NCBI GenBank assembly: GCA_963662545.2
Contig: CAXXLL010000002.1
Span: forward strand, 32,001-96,000
Source: Gammaproteobacteria bacterium
Lineage (GTDB): Bacteria > Pseudomonadota > Gammaproteobacteria > Ga0077536
DNA: 64,000 nt
Direction: 5' to 3'
The notes beneath the pieces were generated by a model that saw nothing but the letters and a program-made list of their open reading frames with translations, was not told where the DNA came from and searched no databases. Within the stretch, counting starts at the first letter, position 1, and each line of letters starts with the position of its first letter. Shown in pieces: positions 51,767-61,501 of the stretch. The position numbers and the translations under genes are program-made.

Positions 51767-53823
51767 TGGGTTATCGCATCGGTACCGATATCGGCGGCAC
51801 TTTCACTGATTTGTCGATCGCACGCGACGACGTGCTTGTCGGCCGCTTTAAATCTCCCAGCACGCCCGGCCGGCTATCCGAAGGGGTCATGGCCTGTGTT
51901 CAACTCGCGGCGGACTCGCTGGCGCTCACCGTCGAAGATCTGTTGGGCGACACCGAGGTGTTCGTCCACGGCTCTACCGTCGCGACCAATGCCGTACTTG
52001 AAGGCAAGGTCGCCAAGACCGGCGTGTTGTGTACCCGTGGTACGAAATACACCTTGTGGCGCGGTGAAGGCCGCCGCAAGGACATCTTCGATTTTACGAA
52101 GCCGCCACGCGAGCCGCTGATCGCGCCGCGCTACTGCGTCGAACTCGACGAGCGCGTCAATGCCGACGGCGAGATCGTTGCTGAGATCAAAGACGACGAC
52201 GTACTGCACGCCATAGACACACTCAAGCGTGCCGGTTGCGAGGCGGTTGCTGTTGCGCTGCTTTGGTCAATTCGCAACGGCGCGCACGAACGGCGAATCG
52301 GAGCGCTGCTTAAACAACACTGGCCGGAGGCGGTGGTCAGTTTGTCGTCCGAAGTGCAGCCGGTATTGCGCGAGTACACGCGGACCTCCTGCACCGTACT
52401 GAACGTCATGCTGAAACCGATGGTGGCCGCCTATCTGAATGAGCTCGAGGCGGCACTGAAGGAGAAACAGCTCGGCGGCGAGTTGCTGGTGGTGTCTTCC
52501 GACGGCGGCGTCCAGCCAGTCAGTGAGATCCTCCAGCGTCCTGTCTATATGCTGTTCTCCGGGCCTTCGACGGGCCCGGCTGCGGCGCGCCAGTTCGCCC
52601 ATGAGGAAGGTACGCGCGACGCCTTGCTGATCGACATGGGCGGTACGAGTTTCGATGTCAGCACGGTGATTGATGGACAGATCACGGTGACGCGCGACGG
52701 CCGCATCAACGATTACCCAACCGGCATCGCCGCCGTCGAGATCCTGAGCCTTGGTGCCGGCGGCGGCAGCATCGCCCGCGTCGATAGTGGCGGATTGTTG
52801 CAGGTCGGTCCGGAATCCGCCGGTGCTGAACCAGGCCCCGCGTGTTACCACCGCGGCGGTACGCGCCCGACAGTCACCGACGCTTATATCGCCTTGGGCT
52901 ACCTGGTTCCGGAGCACTTTCTCGGTGGCCGCATGCAGCTTTCAAGAGATGCCGCTGTTGCCGCGATTACGGAACATGTCGCGAGCCCCTTGGGCCTTGA
53001 CCTAGAAGCTGCGGCACTCGGGATCCTGCGCGTCGTTAATGAACGCATGATCAATGGCATTCTTGAGATGACTGTGCGTCGTGGCATTGATCCCAGGGGA
53101 CTCACACTCGTCACCGGTGGCGGGGCTACTGGCGTTGCCGCAATTGAACTCGCGCGCGAACTTGGCATCCCCAAGATCATCGTGCCGCGTGAAACATCGG
53201 TGTTGTGCGCGCTGGGCGCGCTGAATGCGGATCTCAAATGGTCTAACGTCGTCAGTCTGCCTTCTACGATTCGCACCTTTGCAGCCGACGAGGTCAATGG
53301 CGGGCTTGCCACGTTGCGCGCAAGCGGCGAGGAATTTCTCGATCGTCTCCGCGTTGAAGCGTCGCGCCGCCGCTACGAATTGTTTGCGTCGGCACGATAC
53401 CCGCTACAGGTGACCGAACTTGACGTCGCCTGCCCGGATACTCAGATCAGTGAGCAGGACCTCGCCGCCATTGCTGCAAGGTTTCACGATAGCTATCGCG
53501 ATCGCTACAGCATTGCGGAACCGGAGAATGATGTTGAACTCGTGATGTGGCGTCTAGTCGCTGCCGGCGTAGTCGAAGCACCACGACGTCCCAGTCCATC
53601 GACCGATGCGGACGAAAGCAGCATCGGCAACACGCGCTTTTTCGATGCTGTCACTCAATCGTGGGAGCAGGCGACGATGACCGATCCGGATCGCATGAGC
53701 GAGGACGAGGTCGTCAGTGGTCCGGCCTTGCTGGTTGCCGTGGATACGACCGTCGTCGTGCCGAGCGGCTACTCGGCAAGAATGACGACTGGCGGTTACG
53801 TCGTGATTGAACTCGATCACTGA
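51766..53823 (+). CDS. Hydantoinase A/oxoprolinase family protein
   Basis: DIGGTFTD, HGSTVATNA, DMGGTSFD, GAGGGSIA, GP.SAGA.PGPACY. Confidence 0.92.
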   Translation: MGYRIGTDIGGTFTDLSIARDDVLVGRFKSPSTPGRLSEGVMACVQLAADSLALTVEDLLGDTEVFVHGSTVATNAVLEGKVAKTGVLCTRGTKYTLWRGEGRRKDIFDFTKPPREPLIAPRYCVELDERVNADGEIVAEIKDDDVLHAIDTLKRAGCEAVAVALLWSIRNGAHERRIGALLKQHWPEAVVSLSSEVQPVLREYTRTSCTVLNVMLKPMVAAYLNELEAALKEKQLGGELLVVSSDGGVQPVSEILQRPVYMLFSGPSTGPAAARQFAHEEGTRDALLIDMGGTSFDVSTVIDGQITVTRDGRINDYPTGIAAVEILSLGAGGGSIARVDSGGLLQVGPESAGAEPGPACYHRGGTRPTVTDAYIALGYLVPEHFLGGRMQLSRDAAVAAITEHVASPLGLDLEAAALGILRVVNERMINGILEMTVRRGIDPRGLTLVTGGGATGVAAIELARELGIPKIIVPRETSVLCALGALNADLKWSNVVSLPSTIRTFAADEVNGGLATLRASGEEFLDRLRVEASRRRYELFASARYPLQVTELDVACPDTQISEQDLAAIAARFHDSYRDRYSIAEPENDVELVMWRLVAAGVVEAPRRPSPSTDADESSIGNTRFFDAVTQSWEQATMTDPDRMSEDEVVSGPALLVAVDTTVVVPSGYSARMTTGGYVVIELDH

Positions 53824-53854
53824 TCCCTGGAGTGCGCGCCATGTCCGCTTTGGG

Positions 53855-55085
53855 CTGCGGATTCAACCAGTCGATGCAACATCTAATCTCTAGTCATCGA
53901 GAGGAGGATGTTGAACATGAAGTACAGACAGAGGACTTACTACAGCGAAACTGACAAGGCTCTAATGTGGGATCGCTGGCAGAAAGGCGAGTCTCTGCAG
54001 ACCATCGCTCAGCTTTTTAATCGAAATCATTCATCGATAGCTGGCGTGTTGTCGAGAACTGGGGGCATCCGTCCTCCTCAGCGAACCCGTTCAAGATCCG
54101 CACTAAGCTTGGCGGAGCGCGAGGACATCTCGCGGGGTGTTGTCACCGGCCATTCTGTTCGTTCGATCGCAGCAACGCTCGAGCGGTCGCCTTCTACGGT
54201 GAGCCGAGAGATCGCCCGTAACGGTGGCCGACAATGTTACCGCGCGAGCGAAGCTGACTTAGCCGCCTGGGATCGGGCGCCTCGTGCCAAGACCTGTAAA
54301 CTGGTACAGAACCGCGACCTGGCCCGCATCGTGGCGAGCAAACTCAAGAAGTTCTGGTCACCCGCGCAGATTGCTGGCTGGTTGAAGCAAACGTATCCGC
54401 ACGATGAGAACATGCAGGTGTCGCACGAGACCCTCTATCGCAGTCTATTCATTCAAGCCCGTGGCGCCTTGAAGAAAACGCTGCTACAGCACCTCAGGCG
54501 AACACGTGCGATGCGTCGTTCGCGCCATCACACACAGAAGACCGATGATCACGGCAGGATTAGTAACGCAATCTCGATCAGCGAGCGTCCGCCATCGGTG
54601 GAAGACCGGGCCGTGCCAGGGCATTGGGAAGGTGATCTGATCTTCGGTTCGAACAACAGCCAGATCGCGACCTTGGTCGAGCGCCATACGCGTTACGTCA
54701 TGATGGCAAAGGTCAACGGCAAGGACACTGAGACGGTGATAAACGCGCTAATCAAACACGCACACAAGTTACCAAACGAACTCTACAAATCACTCACCTG
54801 GGATCGTGGCAAGGAAATGGCTGATCACGAGCGCTTTACGTTAGCGACCGATATCAAGGTGTACTTCTGTGATCCTCAAAACCCTTGGCAACGAGGCTCA
54901 AACGAAAACACGAACGGTCTTCTCAGGCAGTCCTTCCCGAAGGGAACGGACCTGTCGGTTCATTCGCAAGCCAAGCTCAATACGGTCGCACGGCAACTCA
55001 ACGAACGACCTAGAAAAACGCTAGACTTTGAAACACCGGCGCAACGTTTTAGCCAATGTGTTGCATCGACTGGTTGAATCCGCAG
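53855..55085 (+). mobile_element. IS30 family insertion sequence
   Basis: Perfect 27-bp inverted ends CTGCGGATTCAACCAGTCGATGCAACA; apparent 2-bp GG duplication. Confidence 0.9.
53908..55077 (+). CDS. IS30 family transposase
   Basis: GHWEGDL, TLVER, TWDRGKEM, PWQRGSNENTNGLLRQ, RPRKTL. Confidence 0.93.
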   Translation: MLNMKYRQRTYYSETDKALMWDRWQKGESLQTIAQLFNRNHSSIAGVLSRTGGIRPPQRTRSRSALSLAEREDISRGVVTGHSVRSIAATLERSPSTVSREIARNGGRQCYRASEADLAAWDRAPRAKTCKLVQNRDLARIVASKLKKFWSPAQIAGWLKQTYPHDENMQVSHETLYRSLFIQARGALKKTLLQHLRRTRAMRRSRHHTQKTDDHGRISNAISISERPPSVEDRAVPGHWEGDLIFGSNNSQIATLVERHTRYVMMAKVNGKDTETVINALIKHAHKLPNELYKSLTWDRGKEMADHERFTLATDIKVYFCDPQNPWQRGSNENTNGLLRQSFPKGTDLSVHSQAKLNTVARQLNERPRKTLDFETPAQRFSQCVASTG

Positions 55086-55118
55086 GGCTAAACGGACGTG
55101 GGCTTAATCGACAGCTTC

Positions 55119-55472
55119 TTATTCCTCTTCCCCACCCTCCGGCCATAGTGCCCTACCAAATATTGCCTTCGTCACAGCATTCCCGATCAGCACAAACAAG
55201 AACATCGTCGTTGCTTCTATCGGCACTGCTTCGGACCCTCTTGCACATATCCAATAGCTGAGTGTAATTCCGTACAGGTTTCCGATAGCTACGCAGGCGC
55301 ACAGATACGAATTGAAGCGCACATCCATTAAGATTGCCCCTACGGCTGTCAGAATGAACGGTACCGCGCTTCCTATATGGTGGTGCGCTAGTGGGACCAT
55401 CGTGACGGGTCGCGTGGGCGTGGCCGTGATTTCAGTGTTCGTGATTGATGGCCGTATTGACGAATCGAACAT
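55119..55472 (-). CDS. Possible small membrane protein or remnant
   Basis: About three hydrophobic segments; no recognised motif. Confidence 0.3.
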   Translation of the reverse strand: MFDSSIRPSITNTEITATPTRPVTMVPLAHHHIGSAVPFILTAVGAILMDVRFNSYLCACVAIGNLYGITLSYWICARGSEAVPIEATTMFLFVLIGNAVTKAIFGRALWPEGGEEE

Positions 55473-55580
55473 GCGACAACTACCAGAGAATCCTACCCCA
55501 AAAAATGAACGTAAATGTTCTCTTCCTATAACACCACGGTCATTCGTTATCAGAGTAGTAGACGGATAAGTTGACCTCTT

Positions 55581-56852
55581 ATGTCGAAAGACTGCCCGCC
55601 AAAAGTTGTTATTGTTGGCGCCGGCTTCGGCGGATTGTTTGCTGCCAAAGCATTATCAAGGGTTCCGGCCGATGTCATCTTGGTTGATCGCCATAACTAT
55701 CATCTGTTTCAACCCTTGCTTTATCAGGTTGCGACGGCCGGCTTGGCGCCTTCTGATATTGCCTGGCCGATCAGATCTATTTTGACCCGACAGCGCAATG
55801 TATCGGTCCTATTAGGCGACGTGCAAAGTGTGGATATGGACAAGCGACTGGTGAACTTCAAGGACGAGCGCATCGAATTTGATTACCTTGTCCTGGCGAC
55901 GGGAGCCCGGCATTCATATTTTGGCAATGATGAGTGGAGTCACTCTGCCCCAGGCTTAAAGAGTATTAATGATGCAACTGCCATTCGCCGCCGCCTGCTG
56001 CTGGCATTTGAGCAAGCGGAATCATGCAACGACCTGAGTGAACGTGAGCGTTTGCTGCGATTCTTAATCGTCGGTGCCGGTCCCACGGGAGTTGAGCTCG
56101 CAGGGGCAATAGCGGAACTGGCACACTTTACTTTAGCCGCGGACTTCCGGCGCATTGACCCACGCAGCGCCAAGGTCCTTCTCGTGGAAGCCGGATCGCG
56201 AGTATTACCGACCTTTGATGAATCTAGTTCGAAGTATGCAAAAAAGGCCTTGGAACGACTGCACGTAGAAGTTCGGCTCAATTCACCCGTTACTCATTGC
56301 GACGCTAGTGGGGTCGTGATTGGCGATGAAAAAGTCGATGCGGCAACAACACTCTGGGCCGCTGGCGTAGCAGCTTCTCCAGTCGGCGACTGGCTAGGTG
56401 CGGAGACCGACCGAGCTGGGCGAGTAATAGTAAAACCAGACCTGTCCATCGAAGACGCGCCTAATGTTTTTGTGATTGGCGATGCTGCAGCCGTCACGGA
56501 TTCACGGGGTGTCCAGGTGCCAGGGATCGCACCAGCTGCAAAGCAACAGGGCCGGTACGTTGCCAGAATTATTGGCTCACGAATCAATGGGGGGGGCAAA
56601 CCGCCGCCGTTCCGCTATCGGCATTCCGGAAACCTGGCAACAATCGGCCGTAAATCCGCCGTAATTGAGTTTCCTTTGTTGCACCTCAAAGGCTTCCTGG
56701 CCTGGTGGATCTGGGGAGTCGCGCACATCTACTTTTTAATAGGCCTGCCGAGCCCTCTAATGGTTTCATTCCGCTGGCTCTGGGAATACATCACCTACAG
56801 CCGCGGTGCCCGGCTAATCACGGGTAAAGACCAGAATGCTGGTCATGGATGA
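55581..56852 (+). CDS. ndh: Type II NADH dehydrogenase family oxidoreductase
   Basis: GAGFGG, HLFQPLLYQVAT, GAGPTGVELAG, FVIGD, APAAKQQG. Confidence 0.88.
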   Translation: MSKDCPPKVVIVGAGFGGLFAAKALSRVPADVILVDRHNYHLFQPLLYQVATAGLAPSDIAWPIRSILTRQRNVSVLLGDVQSVDMDKRLVNFKDERIEFDYLVLATGARHSYFGNDEWSHSAPGLKSINDATAIRRRLLLAFEQAESCNDLSERERLLRFLIVGAGPTGVELAGAIAELAHFTLAADFRRIDPRSAKVLLVEAGSRVLPTFDESSSKYAKKALERLHVEVRLNSPVTHCDASGVVIGDEKVDAATTLWAAGVAASPVGDWLGAETDRAGRVIVKPDLSIEDAPNVFVIGDAAAVTDSRGVQVPGIAPAAKQQGRYVARIIGSRINGGGKPPPFRYRHSGNLATIGRKSAVIEFPLLHLKGFLAWWIWGVAHIYFLIGLPSPLMVSFRWLWEYITYSRGARLITGKDQNAGHG

Positions 56853-57328
56853 ATTTGAGACGCCGACCGCAACAGAAGTAATTCAGCGGTTGAACTCCAC
56901 AATGCTGCGAGTATTCTCGAGTTTGAGAGTTTTGGCTTTGAGTGATTCGACCTTCCCGGCAACTTGAAGCCGACCGAACTTTCCCGAAAACAGTTATCGG
57001 AGCCCCACGTTCCACGCGCCGGCAGGCCGCATAATTACTAAAACGTCAAATCAGAACTTTCCCGAAAAGGGGTATTTTCGAGATGACCGCTTAGCACCCG
57101 AAAGCGACCGTGACCGACGATGCAAATACCTCGGTCATAAACGGATGTCCTCGGATACTCGGCGACGCCCGAAAGTTTAATAATTTGGGCGGTGTATCCG
57201 GGAACCAAGGGAGTGAAATTCCTGGTTTTTAAACTGGCGTTTAGCTCCCCTAAGTTCCGTTCAGGTTTCGCGATCGTCTGCGACCGAAATCCGTTTTAAT
57301 TTCGCGGCTGTTAATCGTTTGGGCAGGT

Positions 57329-59056
57329 CTATTTCATTAGCGCCTTAAAGTAATTTTTCGATACTTCAATTTCTTTTAGCAACGCCGCGCGGTTTTTCCG
57401 CAAAATTTCCTCAGGCACCGCATCCATGGTCGGGTTCTCAAGTTTCGCGGCCAGAAAGTCAAGATTGTCTTCCGCGAGGACGCGCTCGAGGTCGTTCAAT
57501 CTCGCTATAAATGCTTGGGCGACGATCCTGGTGCGTGCGCTTTTCTCTATTCCGGGGCGATTCTTGATTGAGACATACACGGGTGCGGAATGGAATGTGC
57601 TGTTCGGCGCGAAGGTGCCAAAGATAATCGGTGTGGCGAACGGGACTTCATCGATTCGAGCGCCGTAGCCTCTCATGGCAAGCCAGGAACCATTCTCGAT
57701 CCGGCGCTTTACCGAGAATTCGATTGTTGCGGCGTTGCCGACGCGCGAGATGCGCTCGACGACGTTGCCGTTATGAATGAGTTCAACGAAGCTGACGTCG
57801 TCTCGTGTCGGGTCAAAGGCGACGCTGCCGGAAATTTCCACGTCGGATGGCGTGTCGAGCTCTATGGTGCTGCCAATATCGCCACCATTCACGCGAAATT
57901 CTACGAGCGGACCCGTCGTTACGAATGTGCGACCTTGACGCACGCCTTCCAGCCATTTTGCGTAGGTCAACGGTCCGTCGACTTTGGTGTAAAACCGTTC
58001 GTGCCCCGGAATGACCTGCCCGCCACAGGGGTAGTCGGTACCGGCGGTCGGTGTAATGCGCAGGCCAAGTGCAAGCAGGTCGTACCAGACGTCATAACCA
58101 CTACGATCGAACTGCAACACCTCGAGAAAATGAAGCAAACCGTGCGGTACGACGACCGCCATGCCGTCGTGAGGGGCGATAAATGAAGCATAGGGAAATA
58201 CCGCGTGCGCGAATCCGTTAAGTGCGCCTTCCTTAACAGTCTGTTCCCAAATAAGGCGGTAGATCAGGTACTGGTCCTCATTGAAGTGCGTCTTTTCCGC
58301 ACCCAATGTGATGGTGTGGCCGAGGAAGTGTGTTCGCGGGTTTTCCTGACCGGCGGCCAAAATGTAGTGTCCCTCTTGATAATGACTGTCTGGTCCGTGC
58401 GCGTATTGGTGCGCAATGCCGAAGTCGCCGACTTTCCCCATCTGAAGCAGATTGGCGACGTGAACGTCTTCGGCCTGCATCATTTTTGATACGTCGTGAT
58501 TGTGCGCAGCGCTTGGTCGCTGAATATGCAGGTGATCGTCGCCGCTGTACCAGCCCTTTTGTGGCATGTTGATCCAGCGGGTCAAACTGATTTCCAGATC
58601 AACGTTGTCGGCTTTAGAAATCTCGACGTTTGCCTCCGCGACCTTGTATTCGGGGCCTTTGAATACACGAACGTTTGCCGATCCGGCTGGCAGCCTGAGG
58701 GTTGACGTTCCCGCACTATAGAACTGCGTAGACTTGGTGTAGGGATTTTCTATGCCAACACGGCCGGAGTAAGCGGGGACCGACGCAGCATCATCCAGCA
58801 GTCCGGCGCCCGGTTTGCTCATCGTGCAATCACCGCTGTAGGCGAGCGCATTGTCGGCGACGAAGTACTCTCCGTTGGCGCCCTGGACTTCCAAACGCGC
58901 CGGCACGATGGCGCCGGATTCGGCGTCTTTGAGCGTCAGGCGTAGTGTCCCCATACCCTCCTGCGCATGAAGTGTGTGAGAACCCGTCGCAATGACGATG
59001 GACAGGATCAGCGCACGTTCAAAGTCGCGGTTAGTCAGACGCCACAATGGAATCAT
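57329..59056 (-). CDS. CehA/McbA-like exported metallohydrolase (PHP-like)
   Basis: GWYSGDDHLH, FAH, TAGTD, G.RQGRTFVTTGP; signal-peptide-like N-terminus. Confidence 0.75.
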   Translation of the reverse strand: MIPLWRLTNRDFERALILSIVIATGSHTLHAQEGMGTLRLTLKDAESGAIVPARLEVQGANGEYFVADNALAYSGDCTMSKPGAGLLDDAASVPAYSGRVGIENPYTKSTQFYSAGTSTLRLPAGSANVRVFKGPEYKVAEANVEISKADNVDLEISLTRWINMPQKGWYSGDDHLHIQRPSAAHNHDVSKMMQAEDVHVANLLQMGKVGDFGIAHQYAHGPDSHYQEGHYILAAGQENPRTHFLGHTITLGAEKTHFNEDQYLIYRLIWEQTVKEGALNGFAHAVFPYASFIAPHDGMAVVVPHGLLHFLEVLQFDRSGYDVWYDLLALGLRITPTAGTDYPCGGQVIPGHERFYTKVDGPLTYAKWLEGVRQGRTFVTTGPLVEFRVNGGDIGSTIELDTPSDVEISGSVAFDPTRDDVSFVELIHNGNVVERISRVGNAATIEFSVKRRIENGSWLAMRGYGARIDEVPFATPIIFGTFAPNSTFHSAPVYVSIKNRPGIEKSARTRIVAQAFIARLNDLERVLAEDNLDFLAAKLENPTMDAVPEEILRKNRAALLKEIEVSKNYFKALMK

Positions 59057-59260
59057 CGATTCGCTCCCTTATCCGATTCGAGTTCGCCTAGCGTAAGGCA
59101 TGTACGCGTCATTGTAGAGCGCCTAACTGAGAACAGACTGACGCGATAACTATCTGCGCCGTGTAGTGGAGCTAAGCAATCCTCGAGTACCGCGAGCTAT
59201 TAGCACTCGCGCAAAGTAGCGGGCGGGATGATTAGTGCACCGATACGTCCGTTTCGGGTC

Positions 59261-59419
59261 CAGGCTGTCCGAAAACTAATTTCGATTTTGGAAAGTGGGG
59301 TATGCGTTATCCAATTTGATCAATTTGCGCAGTGTGGTCCCTAATTTATCTGCTATGGGGACAACAAGTGGGGAAACTTTTCGTCGCGTAACGATTTTTC
59401 GGAGTTTTCGGACAGCCTG
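59261..59419. mobile_element. 159-bp MITE (type B)
   Basis: Perfect 17-bp inverted ends CAGGCTGTCCGAAAACT; 4-bp duplication GGTC at 59257-59260 and 59420-59423. Confidence 0.8.
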
Positions 59420-59518
59420 GGTCGTCAGCGTGGTAGTACGGTGCCAGATATTACGGGGACAAATTACTTAATCATGCCAAGCCGGTCCGTTCGGTATGAG
59501 CCGCGTGGCAATTAGTTA

Positions 59519-61215
59519 GTGTCCGTCCATAAACAGGCATTTTCTTCGATGGGCACGGAGAAATCGAGGTGTTGAAAGTAGGTTGTTGGAGCGGTAGCGG
59601 CGGTTCGGTGGGGGTCGAAGGGCTCTTCGAGCGTAATTGTGAGTACGTTCGCCGGCCGCAGAGCGCTGCAACCCAAAGTCGCCCGTTCGACGATATCGAG
59701 GAGGTCAGTTAGTGCGAGTGAACGTCGCTATTCGAGTTGATAGCGCGCGAGCAGGCTGAGGTTGTAGGCGACCACAGAAGACCACACGTAGGCTTCGAAG
59801 TGCGGCAGGCTCTTCCAGGTGCAACGTGCCAATCCGTATGCACGCTTCAGGCAGGAGATACCGGCCTCGATGCCGGCGCGGAAGTTGCGCAAGCGTCGAT
59901 AGACCCACTGACTCTTGACCATGTCGGCGATCGCGAGCCCGCGCTTCTTGTGGAAGGCAACGTCTTCGATGCCTTCTGCTTTCGCCGCCCGGAGATTGTC
60001 GAGGCTCGCATAGCCGCCATCGGCGGCGACCTGTCGTGGCATCGTCCCGTAGTGTGTTCGATGCCGTTCGAGCATCGGCATGAAGCGCTGACTATCGACC
60101 GGATTGCCTCGCTCGATGACCACGTCGAGGATGAGGCCACTGCGCCCCGAAGCCAGATTGATTTTGTGTCCGTACTGAACGTCGCGCGCACCCTTTATGA
60201 TGATGTCGGTATGCGGCTCGAACAAGCTCACGCACTTCTCGCTCGCGGGGACCTTCTCACCGCCGAACACCCGCCGCTCAGTTTGCGAAATCACCTGCAG
60301 AACAAGTGTTTCGTAGTGCGCTACCTGCGCTAGCCAGTCCGGCAGTTCAACGCCGGTGACGCCCGGGCTCAGCAGCTGCTCACGTACCCTCGCTACCGCT
60401 TCCAAGGTTGAACGCGTCGCCCCAATCAAATCGCGATACAGACGTTGGCGTTGCTTCGCACCACGCGCATACCACAGCGCCCGCGCACGCTTCTTCGCCA
60501 ATCGAGTGTGGTTCACGAAGCACAACTCCGGCGCGCCAGGCAACTCGCGCGCCTGTGCGAGCAGACGAACCACAACACGCACGCCATCCCACAGCAGATG
60601 ACTGTCGCTCGGCGCGTGGATGGCACTGTCCGTTACCGTGCTATCAATCCGTACACGCTGTGCCGGCTCAATGCGCGTCTCTTTCGCCGTCGCCAGCAGG
60701 GCGCGATGAATAGACTCCCACGTCGATACCTGGATCGCCGAGACCACCCGCTGTAAGGCAGACTTCTTCGGACGTTCATTACCCGGCAACCGGGCGAAGG
60801 CCTGAAAGCTCGCCGAGTCCTGCAGGTGAAAGGCCAGCTCCTCGTAACTCAATTGCCGGTGCTGCTTGAGCACCGCGCAGCGCAGCACCGACTCCGCCGA
60901 CAGTCCGCGTCGACCGGTGGGCTTCAAACCCCGCCGACACAGATCGTTCATGACCGGCGTGAGGACCTTGGGGTGAGCATCGAGCCACTCGGACATGCCC
61001 TGCAGCTCTCGCCCCAGGTCATGGTCAGCAAACAGCTCGTATATACTCGCTTGGGCCGTGCGTTTCTGACGCATTCCCCCTCCTGTGGTGTCGATGATTG
61101 TGTGGAAAATCAGAGGTTTGAAGTTCCATTAGATCACGACCCACCGGAGGTTTCGATCCCTTAAGCGACAAATTTTCCTTTTTATTTCAACCGCATCGCG
61201 TTTAGGGATGCACAC
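59519..61215 (-). mobile_element. ISNCY-like insertion sequence, copy 2 (no target duplication)
   Basis: Reverse complement of 21060-22756, same length; flanks TAGTTA / TAGCAA differ. Confidence 0.9.
59728..61074 (-). CDS. DDE transposase (ISNCY/IS5-like)
   Basis: Translation identical to 21201-22547. Confidence 0.9.
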   Translation of the reverse strand: MRQKRTAQASIYELFADHDLGRELQGMSEWLDAHPKVLTPVMNDLCRRGLKPTGRRGLSAESVLRCAVLKQHRQLSYEELAFHLQDSASFQAFARLPGNERPKKSALQRVVSAIQVSTWESIHRALLATAKETRIEPAQRVRIDSTVTDSAIHAPSDSHLLWDGVRVVVRLLAQARELPGAPELCFVNHTRLAKKRARALWYARGAKQRQRLYRDLIGATRSTLEAVARVREQLLSPGVTGVELPDWLAQVAHYETLVLQVISQTERRVFGGEKVPASEKCVSLFEPHTDIIIKGARDVQYGHKINLASGRSGLILDVVIERGNPVDSQRFMPMLERHRTHYGTMPRQVAADGGYASLDNLRAAKAEGIEDVAFHKKRGLAIADMVKSQWVYRRLRNFRAGIEAGISCLKRAYGLARCTWKSLPHFEAYVWSSVVAYNLSLLARYQLE

Positions 61216-61501
61216 TAGCAAGGGAATCGAAGGCAAACGTGATGAACTCGTGCACAGCGCACGCGAGAAGATCACCAAAGACGAGGCCCGCACCGTAATC
61301 ATCGCGCGTCTGCGGCTACTTCTAACGGACACCTACGTCGCTTATTTACGTGCCGACCAACGAAAATGCGTAAAGTGCATCGAAAATCTGTGGGATAAGT
61401 ACGCAGTGACCGCAACTAGCATCGAAGCAGAACGGGACGCTGCATCAGAGCGGTTACAGACCTTCTTGGTAGATTTGGGCTACGACGTTGCCCAATCATG
61501 A
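61216..61501 (+). pseudogene. hsdM: 3' remnant of type I R-M methyltransferase gene
   Basis: ENLWDKYAV....IE.ERD....L..FL..LGY resembles the C-terminus of long HsdM proteins; overlaps the hsdS start; 5' part replaced by the IS. Confidence 0.7.
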
